A stretch of 64,000 nucleotides of DNA, taken from positions 55,676,001 through 55,740,000 of the forward strand of contig OZ024747.1 in assembly GCA_964016885.1 (NCBI GenBank), written 5' to 3'. The translations under genes and the position numbers were made by a program. The notes under the pieces are model-generated. The model did not search any database and was not told the origin of the DNA. It saw only the letters and a list, made by a program, of their open reading frames with translations. Below, one piece after another: positions 26,401 through 40,700 of the stretch (position 1 is its first letter; each line of letters opens with the position of its first letter). Source of the DNA: Eledone cirrhosa (lineage: Eukaryota).

Positions 26401-28325
26401 TGGTGTTGGTGTTGGTGTTGGTGTTGATGTCGGTGGTGGTGTTGGTGTTGATGTCGGTGGTAGTGTTGGTGTTGATGTTGGTGGTGGTGTTGGTGTTGGT
26501 TTTGGTGGTGGTGTTGGTGTTGGTGTTGGTGTTGATGTTGGTGGTGGTGTTAGTGTTGGTTTTGGTGGTGGTGTTGGTGTTGATGTCGGTGGTGGTGTTG
26601 GTGTTGGTGTTGGTTTTGGTGGTGGTGTTGGTGTTGGTTTTGGTGTTGATGTTGGTGTTGAGGTCGGTGGTGGTGTTGGTGTTGGTGTTGGTTTTGGTGG
26701 TGGTGTTGGTGTTGGTGTTGGTGTTGATGTTGGTGGTGGTGTTGGTGTTGGTGTTGGTGTTGGTGGTGGCGTTGGTGTTGGTGGCGGTGTTGATGTCGGT
26801 GGTGGTGTTGGTGGTGGTGTTGGTGTTGGTGGTGGTGTTGGTGTTGATGTCGGTGGTGGTGTTGGTGTTGATGTTGGTGGTGGTGTTGGTGGTGGTGTTG
26901 ATGTCGGTGGTGGTGTTGGTGTTGGTGTTGGTGTTGGTGGTGGTGTTGGTGTTGATGTCGGTGGTGGTGTTGGTGTTGATGTCGGTGGTGGTGTTGGTGT
27001 TGATGTTGGTGGTGGTGTTGGTGTTAGTGGTGGTGTTGATGTCGGTGGTGGTGTTGGTGTTGGTGTTGGTGGTGGTGTTGGTGTTGGTGGCGGTGTTGAT
27101 GTCGGTGGTGGTGTTGGTGGTGGTGTTGGTGTTGATGTCGGTGGTGGTGTTGGTGTTGATGTTGGTGGTGGTGTTGGTGTTGATGTTGGTGGTGGTGTTG
27201 GTGTTGGTGGTGGTGTTGATGTCGGTGGTGGTGTTGGTGTTGGTGTTGGTGGTGGTGTTGGTGTTGGTGGCGGTGTTGATGTCGGTGGTGGTGTTGGTGG
27301 TGGTGTTGGTGTTGATGTCGGTGGTGGTGTTGGTGTTGATGTCGGTGGTGGTGTTGGTGTTGATGTTGGTGGTGGTGTTGGTGTTGGTGGTGGTGTTGAT
27401 GTCGGTGGTGGTGTTTGTGTTGGTGTTGGTGGTGGTGTTGGTGTTGGTGTTGGTGGCGGTGTTTATGTTGGTGGTGGTGTTGGTGGTGGTGTTGGTGTTG
27501 ATGTCGGTGGTGGTGTTGGTGTTGATGTCGGTGGTGGTGTTGGTGTTGGTGTCGGTGTTGATGTCGGTGTTGGTGTTGGTGTTGGTGTTGGTGTTGGTGT
27601 TGGTGTTGGTGTCGGTGGTGGTTTTGGTGTTGGTGTTGATGTCGGTGGTGGTGATGGTGTTGGTGTTGATGTCGGTGGTGGTGTTGGTGTTGGTGTCGGT
27701 GTTGATGTTGATGTCGGTGGTGGTGTTGATGTTGATGTTGGTGTTGATGTCGGTGGTGGTGTTGGTGTTGGTGTTGGTGGTGGTGTTGGTGTTGGTGTCG
27801 GTGGTGGTTTTGGTGTTGGTGTTGATGTCGGTGGTGGTGATGGTGTTGGTGTTGATGTCGGTGGTGGTGTTGGTGTTGGTGTCGGTGTTGATGTTGGTGT
27901 TGATGTCGGTGGTGGTGTCGGTGTTGGTGTTGGTGTTGATGTCGGTGGTGGTGTTGGTGTTGATGTTGGTGGTGGTGTTGGTGTTGGTGTTGGTGTTGAT
28001 GTCGGTGGTGGTGTTGGTGTTGGTGTTGGTGTTGATGTCGGTGGTGGTGTTGGTGTTGATGTTGGTGGTGGTGTTGGTGTTGGTGGTGGTGTTGGTGTTG
28101 ATGTTGGTGTTGATGTCGGTGGTGGTGTTGGTGTTGGTGTTGGTGTTGATGTCGGTGGTGGTGTTGGTGTTGATGTTGGTGTTGATGTCGGTGGTGGTGT
28201 TGGTGTTGGTGTTGGTGTTGATGTTGGTGGTGGTGTTGGTGTTGATGTCGGTGGTGGAGTTGGTACTGTTGAGGCTGGTGCTTGTGGTCAGGTTATTGTT
28301 AAAGTTGGTGTTGGTGCTGGTGGGG
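23495..28325. repeat. ~4.8-kb (GGT/GTT/GAT/GTC) trinucleotide-phase satellite with higher-order duplications
   Basis: Strict 3-nt phase; 180-bp tandem unit (27061 vs 27241) and a 1404-bp offset duplication (GGTAGT marker at 24023 and 25427). Confidence 0.95.
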
Positions 28326-28515
28326 TTCTGTACAAGACTCAATAGCTCAACAGAGTTATATTATATTTGTGTAACAATATGTGCCTGAATCTTCAATCTT
28401 GTTGTTTTAGGTCAGATAAATAGATAGGTAGATAAATGGATAGAATAGAGAAATAGAAAGAAGAAGAGGATGTGTGTGTGATTGAGTGTGTGTATGCATG
28501 TATATATACAGATAT

Positions 28516-29255
28516 GTTTCTTTATTAGCGACAGGGGCACAAAGAAGGAGACAAATTCAAAGGGGGAAGTTTACATACAATAAAAACGTGTAAAATATTA
28601 TCACAAATGCAATTTAAAAATTGGTCGATTTTCCCCAATAGGGGGAGACATTTCATATAGGTAACACATACCCCCGAAAAAATATGTGCAATCCTCATCT
28701 CCAGGAGTACGAAGAGTTTGTACTCCTTTCCTCTCCTCTTTTTCCTCAACCTACAGGCTGATATAGAGAGAAGGCCCATTCACTCGGGCCATTCTCGCCA
28801 CTTTCACCCACCTTTCATAAAACTTGCTGGGGTACAGCAACTCTCTCTCCATCATGATTCTTCTTCCAAAGTGGTATTTGAAAAAAAGAATCAGTTGTTG
28901 GCCGGAGAGAAAGGTGTCTGACCTCAGCCCTTTCAATCTTGTCCACCATACAACCTCTTTCGCCATAGCTATCACACAAAGGAAAACTTCCTCTCCTTCG
29001 TTTTTGAAGGAGAGTGGCGGTTTGATCATGGCAATGGACTCGGTGGTCAACCAGATTGGTCCCACCCACGACAATAGTCAATCTACATAGCCCCACAGGA
29101 CGGTGATGCCCGGGCAGTGTATGAATGCATGCGCGATGGTTTCTTCGCCTCGCACGCACCTCGGACAGATGTTTTTTGCAGGGTCCCTGCCCGGGCGCCT
29201 GTGTCTGTAGAGCTTGTCACGAACTGGTAGAGCTCCTCGGCAGCACTGCCAGAGA
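28516..29255 (-). mobile_element. L1/Tx1-clade LINE 3' end (ORF2 C-terminal zinc-binding region, 3' UTR, AATAAA)
   Basis: Minus strand WQCCRGALPVRDKLYRH...ICPRCVRGEETIAHAFIHCP...LWGYVD; stop at 28751; terminal CTAATAAAGAAA. Confidence 0.85.
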
Positions 29256-29283
29256 TAGATAGTCAGATAGATTGATGAAAAGA

Positions 29284-29334
<51 letters not shown>

Positions 29335-29454
29335 TATAAATACAAATTCAGCGAGAATCGCATTTCGGCAGATGGAAAAAGCAAAAAGTAACGCAAATTC
29401 CGAGTCATCATATATATATATATATGCATAATTTATATATACATATACATATAT

Positions 29455-30518
<1,064 letters not shown>

Positions 30519-30540
30519 ATTGTAATCTCTCTCTCTCTCT

Positions 30541-30586
<46 letters not shown>

Positions 30587-30834
30587 TTATATACATAAAG
30601 AGAGAGAGAGATAATGAAAGGGAGAGAGATAATGAAAGAGAGAGAGAGAAGGGGAGAGAGAGAGAGAGAGATGTCGACAAACATAGAGAAAATAATTGAC
30701 TAAGATTATAGACAGAAAGACAGGATATACATAAAGTGAGAGGGGAGGGGGCAGTTCTAAAAGTAATTTGTAATAACTTATTTTCACTAATGTTGCTGAT
30801 ATAGAAGAGGTTTGGCTTCAGTTGTGTCATTAGC

Positions 30835-31586
30835 AATCATAATCACCACCACCATTATTGTCATCACCATCATGTTCATTACCATTATTACTACCACCAC
30901 AACCACCATCACCATTGTCATCACCATCATCTTCATTACCATTATTATTACCACCATTATTGTCATCACCATCATCATCCTTTCCATTATTACTACCACC
31001 ACCACCACCACCACCACCATTATTGTCATCACCATCATCATCCTTACCATTATTACTACCACCACCACCACCACCACCACCATTGACATCACCATCACCA
31101 TTACCATTACTACCACCACCACCATTGTCAGCATCATCATCATCATCCTTACCATCATTGCTACCACCACCTCCACCACCATTGACATCACCATCATCAT
31201 CATACTCCCACCACCATTGACATCACCATCATCATCATACTCCCACCACCATTGACATCACCATCACCATTACCCTTACTACCACCACCACCACCACCAC
31301 CACCACCACCACCATTGTCAGCAGCATCATCATCATCCTTACCATCATTGCTACCACCACCACCACCACCATTGAGATCACCATCATCATCATACGCCCA
31401 CCACCATTGACATCACCATCACCATTACCCTTACTACCACCACCACCACCACCACCACCACCACCATTGTCAGCAGCATCATCATCATCCTTACCATTAT
31501 TGCTACCACCACCACCACCATTGACATCATCATCATCATCATTGCTACCACCACCATCATCATCATCATTACTCCCACCACCATTG

Positions 31587-31620
<34 letters not shown>

Positions 31621-31680
31621 TACCATCATTACTACCACCACCACTACCAACTTCATCACATCATCATCATCGTTAACATC
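30835..31680. repeat. (CAC/CAT)n array with ~60-150-bp higher-order repeats
   Basis: Direct inspection. Confidence 0.9.
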
Positions 31681-31744
31681 ATTATTATAATCATATTACT
31701 CTATTTCAGCCATCATTGCAATTATTATTATTAATCGATGAAAT

Positions 31745-31940
31745 AGGGCGGTGGATTGGCAGTATCAGTAGAGGGTCGGACACGATGCTTTGATGCATAG
31801 AGTTACGGCCCTTGCTATTCTGAGTTCAAATCCCGCCGAAATTAACTTTTCCTTTCATCCTTACGTGGTCGATAAAATAAAGTACCAGTAATACACTGGG
31901 TAATTGCTGGCCTTGTGCCAAAAGTAGAAACAATTATAAT
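31745..31940 (+). mobile_element. SINE family A
   Basis: Full sense copy: GGGCGGTGGATTGGCAGTATCAGTAG...GAGTTCAAATCCC. Confidence 0.9.
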
Positions 31941-32024
31941 CATATACTCTATTTCAGCCATCATGGCTATTACCTTCCAGTGTTCTACCACTATCTATAT
32001 ATATTAATATTATTAATCGATGAA

Positions 32025-32370
32025 ATTCTTGGGGAGAATCTGGACATTGACGAAAATCAACTAGCCACACTTTTCTGGAGGATTTTCAGTCCATGGTCTA
32101 TGGATAACTTCCAGAAATCCCTGGCAATGCTACCTGGAAGCACTTCCAGTTTGAGATGAAATTCTACAAATATGGAAGTGTAATCAAACTGGACCTGTCC
32201 AAGATGTGTGCAGGGAAATGAAACTTTCCTGTATGCACTTGTCGAGTTGTCTGAGTATTGCTGACGTGGGTTTATGTTGAAGATGTCCTGTCACATGTAG
32301 AATGGATTCAGCTATCAGCTGAGTCCATTGTCTGGTTGAAGGCATTTGACTTGGCCCTCAGAGTAACATG
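32025..32370 (+). mobile_element. Decayed L1/Tx1 ORF2 C-terminal fragment related to 28516-29255
   Basis: TCPRCVQGNETFLYAL and WVYVEDVLSHVEWIQLSAESIV across frames. Confidence 0.6.
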
Positions 32371-32451
32371 GGTTTTTGTAGGTTTTTGCTACATTTGACC
32401 CTCAGAGGTTTTACTCTATTAGGGAATTTGTTTTTGTTTATATGAAGAAGA

Positions 32452-32539
<88 letters not shown>

Positions 32540-32782
32540 TTAGTTAAGCAAAACAAGACCACAAATTTCACAAGGAAGACATTATTAAAAGATTGTCAAC
32601 ATATTTTAGTTTGATGTAAGGAATGTAGAGAATAATAATAATAATATTAATAATAATAATAATATTAATAATAATAATAATAACGCGCCTTTACGCTTTG
32701 GCTTCTAACTAATTCACCAATCTCTCCTCTCCTATCTCCTCTCCTATCTCCATCTCTCTCTTTAAGATTGGTTACTCTTGAA

Positions 32783-32831
<49 letters not shown>

Positions 32832-32898
32832 AGCACTGTATCATATGTTAATTTCTCCCACTGCCTCTCTAGATATTCTCACTTGCTACAAAAGAAAC

Positions 32899-33009
32899 AG
32901 TCCTTTTCTCCTGAGGAGTCTCTGGATAAGCCGTATTAGCCTCACAACGATGATGCATTTTTATAATGCAGAGAGTTGCACACGGATCGGTGAAACTGCA
33001 GTCAGGACT
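32899..33009 (+). ncRNA. Degenerate minimal HHR
   Basis: AGUCCU..(6 nt)..CUGAGGA ... GAAAC(UGCA)GUC^AGGACU. Confidence 0.5.
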
Positions 33010-33064
33010 TTGAAGAAAAAATAAGTATACTTTTGTCTATTATTTCATCATATTTTGTAATTTG

Positions 33065-33098
<34 letters not shown>

Positions 33099-33099
33099 T

Positions 33100-33300
33100 T
33101 CAAATACCAATTTGAAACTTGTTTTACTATTACTCAACAGAGTACTTGATACTTGGGGTAGTAGAGTATGGTTATATTATAAAGAGTCAAGACCCAATGA
33201 CTGAGCTCTTGATATTTCAACAGTTAGTTCTAGATTCAGTCTGGAACTTGCTGCTGAAATGGTAAGAGCTCAGCCCCCAGGTTTCAATCTTTATAATGTA
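33100..33300 (-). mobile_element. Decayed fold-back mini-element, same family as 19450-19643
   Basis: Shared GTACT..ATACTT.GGGTAGTAGAGT tail, CTGAGCTC/GAGCTCAG arms, imperfect palindrome 33173-33300. Confidence 0.65.
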
Positions 33301-33422
33301 TATATATGTAGAATATGTCAGGGTTGGTTGTGTATGTATTGAGAAAAAAAATATATAATTGTATTCGAACAGTAAACTACTTTATACAATTTGTCTATAG
33401 TCATTGAAGCCATTATATACAA

Positions 33423-33632
33423 AATAATGATTTCTGATTTAGGGACAAGGCCAACAATTTTTGGGGAAAGGGAAAGTCAGTTACATTGATCCTAGTGCTT
33501 TACTAGTACTTTATTTTATTGACTCTGAAAGGATGAAAGCAAAGCAAACTTCAGCGGGATTTTAACTCAGAATGCAAATAGCCATAACTCTATGTCACAA
33601 AGCATATTGTCTGACGCCCTACCGGTACTGCT
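33423..33632 (-). mobile_element. Diverged SINE family A (further decayed copies at ~35030-35320)
   Basis: Partial consensus match. Confidence 0.75.
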
Positions 33633-33796
33633 GATGATTACTATTTTATTTCATTTGAATTGATGATCATCTGATACTTTCATTCAAAGTTTCTGTCTCC
33701 TTCGCTAAGTCAGAGGAAAATATTTTCCAATTGTCGGCATAGTTTCTACAACTGAATTGTATTTCTAATGCCAAACACTTTATTGAGTGTGTTGGG

Positions 33797-34100
33797 CACG
33801 GTTGGATTTAGACTTTGGGGGTCTAGGGCTCTTCAGGTTTTGAGGGCTCCTCATACACAAAATATTAGAACACACACACAGCCCCCCCCCCCCCCCATTT
33901 TACATATCAAAGTTAGCTTGGTGCAAATAATTGGAGTTGAAAGGTTATACATACAGGTATTAAAAAATTCTAACTCCTCTAAAACTAAAAAGCTCAGCTG
34001 AGAGCACAAATAAATTGGAATGGCCATTGCTCATGGGTCCCCCTACTGCAGAGGGGTCGGGGCAATTACCCAATTTTGCCCCCCATTAAATTCAGCCATT
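33797..34100. mobile_element. Possible MITE/DNA-transposon remnant
   Basis: Degenerate termini CACGGTTGGATTTA..GGGGG versus CCCCCCATTAAATTCAGCCATTG. Confidence 0.35.
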
Positions 34101-35504
34101 GTGTTGGTCATGTTTCATCTTGGTACCAACATAACAGATATTGCCATCTTCCCAAAAATATCAAATATCAAGGTGCCACACGGTGATTAGATCAGAACTA
34201 ATTTCTAAGTTAGACATAATACAAAGGGAGTGTAACTCAATAGATATTGTATTTATGTACATCAGGAAGCTAGACTTTTATGTAATAAATATTCATAACC
34301 ACCCAAAAAGCACAGACATGAAAAAAAATTGAAGACTTCCTAGATACATCTAAACCACAAAGCAAAACAAAGCACCCACCCTGAACTACTTTGTCCCTAG
34401 TTGATTGCTAACCACCTTATAGTGTGTTACAGGTGCATTATTGTTATTTGCAAATGGGAAGCATTTGTTGGTGGCAGAGCGGGGTCAAGCAACCACTTAA
34501 TTGTTTCTGGTGTTTGGGTTTGGCACTGTTTGTATTGGTTGTAAATGGTGTTGTGATAGAAACAGACTTAGTGGGAATTGATAAATGGACAGGGGGGGGG
34601 GGGAGAGGGAGAGAGCCTGAAAGACAGAGAAGAAGAAGAAGAAGAAGAAGAAGAAGAAGAAGAAGAAGAAGAAGAAGAAGAAGAAGAAGAAGAAAGAGAT
34701 GGCAGCAACGAATGATTTACAATGTAAATTAGGAAGTCCATTACAACGACTTATTTGTAATTCCATCAAACATAATTGAAAACTTAAAAATCAATAATAA
34801 AAGGGAGAAAATAAATAAGAAAACAAAATAAATCAATGCAAAAACAATTATAAATAACAATAATAATAATAATTATAATGATGATAATTTAACTGTCAGG
34901 AAATGTTGTCCATTTAACAACACAAAGAAATTTATAATGATGATTCTAAAGAATAGTAGAATTACAATCATAGAATTGGTAGAGCTTTGAACTTAATATA
35001 ATATAATTCATAACTAAATATACAAGACATTCTATCTGACTCTATAATGACTCTGCTAGACCCCAACACATAACTGGTACATTATTTTAACAAATAAAGC
35101 TGACCATTGTTTAATTTGAACTCAGAATATAAAGAGCCATTATTAAATATGCAAGATATTCTATCTGCCTCTATAATGATTCTGCTAGACCCCAAAACAT
35201 GACTGGTACTTTATTTCAACAAACAAAGCTAGCCATAGCATGATTTGAACTCAAAATATAAAGAGTTATTACTGAATAAGCAAACCATATTTTCTGATAT
35301 TTTAATGGTTTTGCTAATCCACTACCTTTATATAGATGATGAGGATGACAATGATGATGATGATAATGATACTGATGATGAAGAAAAGGAGGAGGAAATA
35401 GAAGAGTGTAATTAAATTGAGAATAATAAAAATAAATAAACAAACAAATAAAACACAGCCAACAAGAATAACCTCCAGATTATTCAGTAAAAAACTAAGA
35501 TGAA

Positions 35505-35692
35505 ATAATTGTTTCTACTTTAGGCACAAGGCCAGCAAATTACCCAGTGCATTACTGGTACTTTATTTTATCGACCCCGTAAGGATGAAAGGCAAAGTCA
35601 ACCTCGGCGGGATTTGAACTCAGATCATAAAGGGACGTAACTATGCTGGAAAGCATGGCGTCCGACCCTCTACTGATACTACCAATCCACCC
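35505..35692 (-). mobile_element. SINE family A
   Basis: Same consensus. Confidence 0.9.
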
Positions 35693-36600
35693 AAACTAAG
35701 ATGAAATAATACACTTTCTTTATGTATATATATATATATATATACACATATACATATATATATACATATATACATACGTATATATGCTTATATATATATA
35801 CATATATATACATACATACATATATACATATATATATATATACATACATATATATACATTTATATATATATGTATACATACATAAATATATATATCTATG
35901 TATGTATGAATTTATGTATATAAACAGAAAAATAAAGATAATGATTTAAAAGAAAGATTATTTTCTTTTTTTATGGACTCAACATGAAATCTTAAAAAAT
36001 ATACAAAAGAAAAAACATTTTCTCTTTTTTTTATTTTTCATGGCATAACACAAAAATACTTCAGTTATTACATTTTAGCAAATTTAATGTTGTCAATGCT
36101 GACCACTTCAAGTCTGCTCCAAAATCTAGTGAATCTCTCTACTAAGAGTCTTCATGGCTACTCATAGTTCAGATCTTATAAATATATTCGACAAAAATAT
36201 CCTTCTGCTGACTTTAAATCTATAAATCATATTTATACTTTGAATAGCATTTCAGTTTTGTTTTGTTTATATTTCATTAAATGTAAAAACTGTGATTAAT
36301 GGTTAGCATATTTCTGTTTTAGAATATTATCATTCTTCTTCTTATTATTATTATTAATATCATCATTATTATTTTTTCGCTACTATCTTCACGTAAAGAT
36401 CAGAAAAATCTCCAAATGACTTGTGACTCATTTTATATATTATTTTCTGGAAGTTGATTAAATTCTATATTGAGATTTTCAACATATCAATGTAAATTTT
36501 ACTACATATCTGACATTTGATGATATATGTTGTTGCGTATGAATATCTCTTTCTTCTTTCTCCCTCTTTTTAAACATACTCTCTTGATTTTCTCACACTG

Positions 36601-36631
<31 letters not shown>

Positions 36632-36634
36632 CTG

Positions 36635-36897
36635 AACAAATGAGATTGTGTAGGTGTCACGACAAAAAAACACACAGTCCATGCTGTAATGTGGCCGTGT
36701 AGGCAACACGGTAAAAACCTCCCAGTCCCACACTGTAAATGTGGTTGGTGTTAGGAAGGGCATCCAGCTGTAGAAAACCTGCCAGACAGTCCTATGCAAG
36801 CAAGACAACCACTCTTGCCTCAAGTGGGAAAACTCCCGTCCAAACCCATGCAAGCGTGGAACATGGACGTTAAACGATGATGATGATGATGATGATG
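36635..36897 (+). mobile_element. RTE LINE 3' UTR fragment, highly similar to 18180-18443
   Basis: Direct sequence match; (ATG)n tail. Confidence 0.9.
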
Positions 36898-37023
36898 ACT
36901 GAGCTCCGGGCGTTTCAACAGCTAATATATATACTGTAGTAAATGTTTGGTAGAAATATCCAAGGGCAAGAGCACACAGTCCATAGTACAGGGTTAGTAT
37001 AAATAATTACAACAATGACATAA

Positions 37024-37073
37024 ACAGGTACTTAAGTTTCATTGAGTTCTGGACCCTAACTCATTCAGCCTAT
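37024..37073 (-). ncRNA. Minimal HHR with a one-base core insertion
   Basis: AUAGG-CUGAAUGA-stem II-GAAAC(UUAA)GUA^CCUGU. Confidence 0.6.
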
Positions 37074-37074
37074 C

Positions 37075-37119
<45 letters not shown>

Positions 37120-37405
37120 TATGCATGCACACACACACACACACATATATATGTATATACATGTACATATATATATATATATACATACATATATATGTGA
37201 GTGTGTGTGCATACACATACATGAGAGTGTGTTTTTCGGTGATAAAGATAACTATACACTTGTAAAAAATGAACTCAATACAGGTTTATAATGAGATACA
37301 TAAAGATTTATTGGTAATTAGCTTTTTATTGCTATGACAGCACCACAGTGGGATACCACAGACACTTACGGCAATGCTTCACACCGATTTCTAAGCATGG
37401 AACAG

Positions 37406-37545
37406 AAACCCGTTGATGACGTGAGTCCTCATTTCGGTCTACAAATGCCACAAACTTGCATATTGGGCAAGTTGGATTGCTGATTTTGGACTCACAGAAA
37501 CCAATCGAGGATATTGTATAATATCCTTCGATATGGTCTAGGTTT
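37406..37545 (+). ncRNA. Large degenerate type I HHR with long stems II and III
   Basis: AAACCCG-UUGAUGA-GUGAGUCC/GGACUCAC-GAAACCA..AUCGAGGAUAUU/AAUAUCCUUCGAU..UGGUC^UAGGUUU. Confidence 0.6.
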
Positions 37546-37779
37546 GTTATTTAATCTGATTGTATTTTCGTTGCTGTGGTGGCTTCTGTGGCTTTGTCCC
37601 CTTAACCACAGTTTTTTAATTTGTCATGCCATTTAATGTATGTTTATTACTCTAAGATGTAACTTATCGATTTATCAATATTTTCTTATTGAGTGCTTCG
37701 TGCAAAGTTCCGAATATTGTTTTCTTTCGTGGATGTTGGCCAAGCAGCGCAACTTCGATTTTACTAATTTTTACTCCTA

Positions 37780-37912
37780 TCATCATCATCATCATGATCA
37801 TCATCATCATCATTTTACGTCTGCTTTTCCCTGCTTGCAAGGGTTGGAAGGGTACTATTCAGCACAGCATCTCTCCACCCGTCACGGTCCTTTGTCATTC
37901 GTCATCTCCTCC

Positions 37913-37993
<81 letters not shown>

Positions 37994-38125
37994 GATCACA
38001 ATTTTCTGAAGTTCACAGAGATGATGATGAAGGAAGATGAAGAATGGAGAGATGCTGTGCTGAAAAAGACTTATCCAATCCAAGCAAGCATGGAATAGCA
38101 GACATGTGATGATGATGATGATGAT
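37780..38125. mobile_element. Two short RTE 3' fragments in opposite orientation (37780-37915 minus; 37990-38125 plus) separated by (GA)n
   Basis: EEMTNDKGP*RVERCC / EWRDAVLKKTYP; (ATG)n tails. Confidence 0.75.
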
Positions 38126-38665
38126 AATATATATATCTTTATCTATATAAAAGAGTTTAGATAAGTTGTTAATACAACCATATAAAGGCAAAGAATATTT
38201 CAAAGCTCAAATATTATTTTATAATCCCCAGTAAGATAGGTAAGACGTAGTTCAGAATTTAATCCAATTGGTAAATTTCCAATCACTGATGTTTTACAAC
38301 ATTACAGAGCATATATATAAATAAATAAAGAATAACCAGAATTTAAATTAAATCAGTTAACTGATTGATGAACATTTTGTTTGGAATAACAGGAATATTC
38401 AATCCTGTTATATTAATCTCTTGAGAATCTATTAAACAACATTAATAATTTCCTTTCCAACACATGCCTCTAGGCAATCATAGAAGTCTAAACGTTTGTG
38501 ATTATCTTAAATATGGTAACTATTAATATATTAATTAATATCTTAATTATGGTAAATGTTAATGTCATATGATAGATTTTGAAGATATAGCAGGAATAAA
38601 TATTTCTGATAATTTAATCAAAATGTTTGTCAACCAATTAATTTATTCATTATTTATATATAAAT

Positions 38666-38807
38666 GCATAGTTACGTCCCTTTACGATCTGAGTTCAAAT
38701 CCCGCCGAGGTTGACTTTGCCTTTCATCCTTACGGGGTCGATAAAATAAAGTACCAGTAATGCACTGGGTAATTGCTGGCCTTGTGCCTAAAGTAGAAAC
38801 AATTATT
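38666..38807 (+). mobile_element. SINE family A, 5'-truncated
   Basis: Consensus from the B-box region onward. Confidence 0.9.
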
Positions 38808-38999
38808 TATATATATATGTGCAAAAGGCACATGCAATACCTACCTACCTAAATAGATACCTATATCCCTACCTGCCTACCCACATACCTATATATATCT
38901 ACCTACCTATATACATAACTATATACCTACCTACATATATACATACATGCATCCATCCGTACATACATACATACATACATACATACATACATACATACA

Positions 39000-39033
<34 letters not shown>

Positions 39034-39104
39034 CTTACCTATATATATATATATATATATATACACCTACATGCATCCATTCATCCATCCATACATACAT
39101 ATAT

Positions 39105-39558
39105 GCAGAACTGATGAGAAATCTCAGATACTCCACCCTGATTACACCTTCAAATTTATACCTGTGATTATTGGGGGCACTGGGGTATGTTAGTAACTGA
39201 TCAATACAAATCTTGAGAAGCTAGGCTTCACAGTAACAGAAAGAACCCAACTAGTTAGGAAATTACAAGTACAATTCATTAATGGAACAGTAAAAATATG
39301 TAAAACATTCCAAAAATTTTGCATCTAATAACTGCATATACACATGAACAGATACAAAGCATATACACATGCACACATACAACTCAAAACATCCACATCC
39401 ACACATACAATAACATCCATATCTACACATGCAAGCATGCATACATAATCTACCTAGTTGATGTTGTGTAATTTCCAATGAGAGTCTTGTGTCTATGTTA
39501 GAAACCGACTCTCTCTCTATTGGGAAAAAATTTGTGAAATTATAAAACCAGAAGAACA
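39105..39558 (+). mobile_element. RLE non-LTR retrotransposon (R4/Dong-like) 3' end in (TACA)n
   Basis: QILHPDYTFKFIPVIIG..G...NLEKLGF...GTVKICKTFQKF*, 3' UTR, (CATA)n on both sides. Confidence 0.75.
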
Positions 39559-39618
39559 TACATACATACATACATACATACATACATACATACATACATG
39601 CATACATACATACATACA

Positions 39619-39652
<34 letters not shown>

Positions 39653-39654
39653 AA

Positions 39655-40345
39655 GTTAAAAACAAACGAGGAAGAATATATTAAGACAGATGGCACTAAG
39701 GAATATGGTGGAACCTGAAAATAAAAACTGCCACCAAATTAAAGCATAACCGGCCTGATATTGTTGTTTGGGACCACACATTGAAAACGTGTTCTGTTGT
39801 CAGCTGCCCACTTGATGTAAACGTTGTCAGAAAAATACAGAAGGAGGAGGACATCTACGGACCATTGATGAGGAATTTACAAATTCAGTATCCAAGATAC
39901 ACCTTTAGCTTCATACCCATCATTATTGGAGCTACGGGTTATATACCAACCCGCTTGGACCAAAGTATGACTGAACTTGGATTTGCGGACAAGAGCACAG
40001 CACCCTAATTCATAGTCTACAAATGGCTGTTGAGGATATCACACATGAACAATAGTTACTAAAAAATGTCATGAAGATATTACCTCCCAATTCAGCATGG
40101 CATTGTTATAAAATAATATATAATGCCATCCATGGAAAAGATGCCTTCAGATAAATATAGAGAAACTCCTTGTTGTTGCATATATAAATATATAACATAA
40201 GAAATATTGGTGGAACATTTCCATCAAAAGTTTAATGAAGTGAAAATATAACAGGTAAAATATGGTTGTTTTGGAAAGTAAAATAATGATGTAGTCAAAC
40301 AAGTCATCTGCCCTGCTGATGTGAACATATTTTAAACATCAGTGA
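39655..40345 (+). mobile_element. RLE non-LTR retrotransposon fragments (two decayed copies)
   Basis: IWWNLKIKTATKLKHNRPDIVVWD...SCPLD...YGPLMRNLQ..FIPIIIGATG (RPD..K..Y RLE motif); second copy has WWNISIKS and CPADVNI. Confidence 0.78.
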
Positions 40346-40365
40346 GACAGATAATCCTCATTTTG

Positions 40366-40700
40366 GATGTTCCGCAGATGTTCAGTAAATCTGTTGACCA
40401 GTTGATGGCCAGTCTGTACAATGTATTTTTCCTTATTTAGCCTGCACCAGAGTACATAGATGAGGCTTGTGGAAGTGCAACAGAAAGAGTCCCCTTTGCT
40501 TGGGGTGGTGATGTGGATGATAAACCTGTATGTGTGACAGTGAGGCTGGGAGCAGTGACATGATCCAGGAAAGGAGTTGGAAGGAAAGAGGGAATTTCAA
40601 ATGACAAGGGTCTTAAAGAATTTTCCTCTGGAGGGGTAAGGTGGAAGGGTGGTAGGTAAGGAAAATGGTAACTGGTTTGTTGGGGTCAGTGGTGTAAGGG
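40366..40700 (-). mobile_element. PLE GIY-YIG endonuclease fragment (Neptune-like signature)
   Basis: Minus strand DSFCCTSTSLIYVLWCRLNKEKYIVQTGHQLVNRFTEHLRNI (40366-40491). Confidence 0.75.

Noticed and set aside
23495-28325. Telomeric repeat
   Set aside because: Units are GGTGTT/GATGTC variants, not TTAGGG, and the array is internal
31745-31840. tRNA genes at A/B-box sites
   Set aside because: These are SINE heads; no cloverleaf, and they continue into SINE bodies
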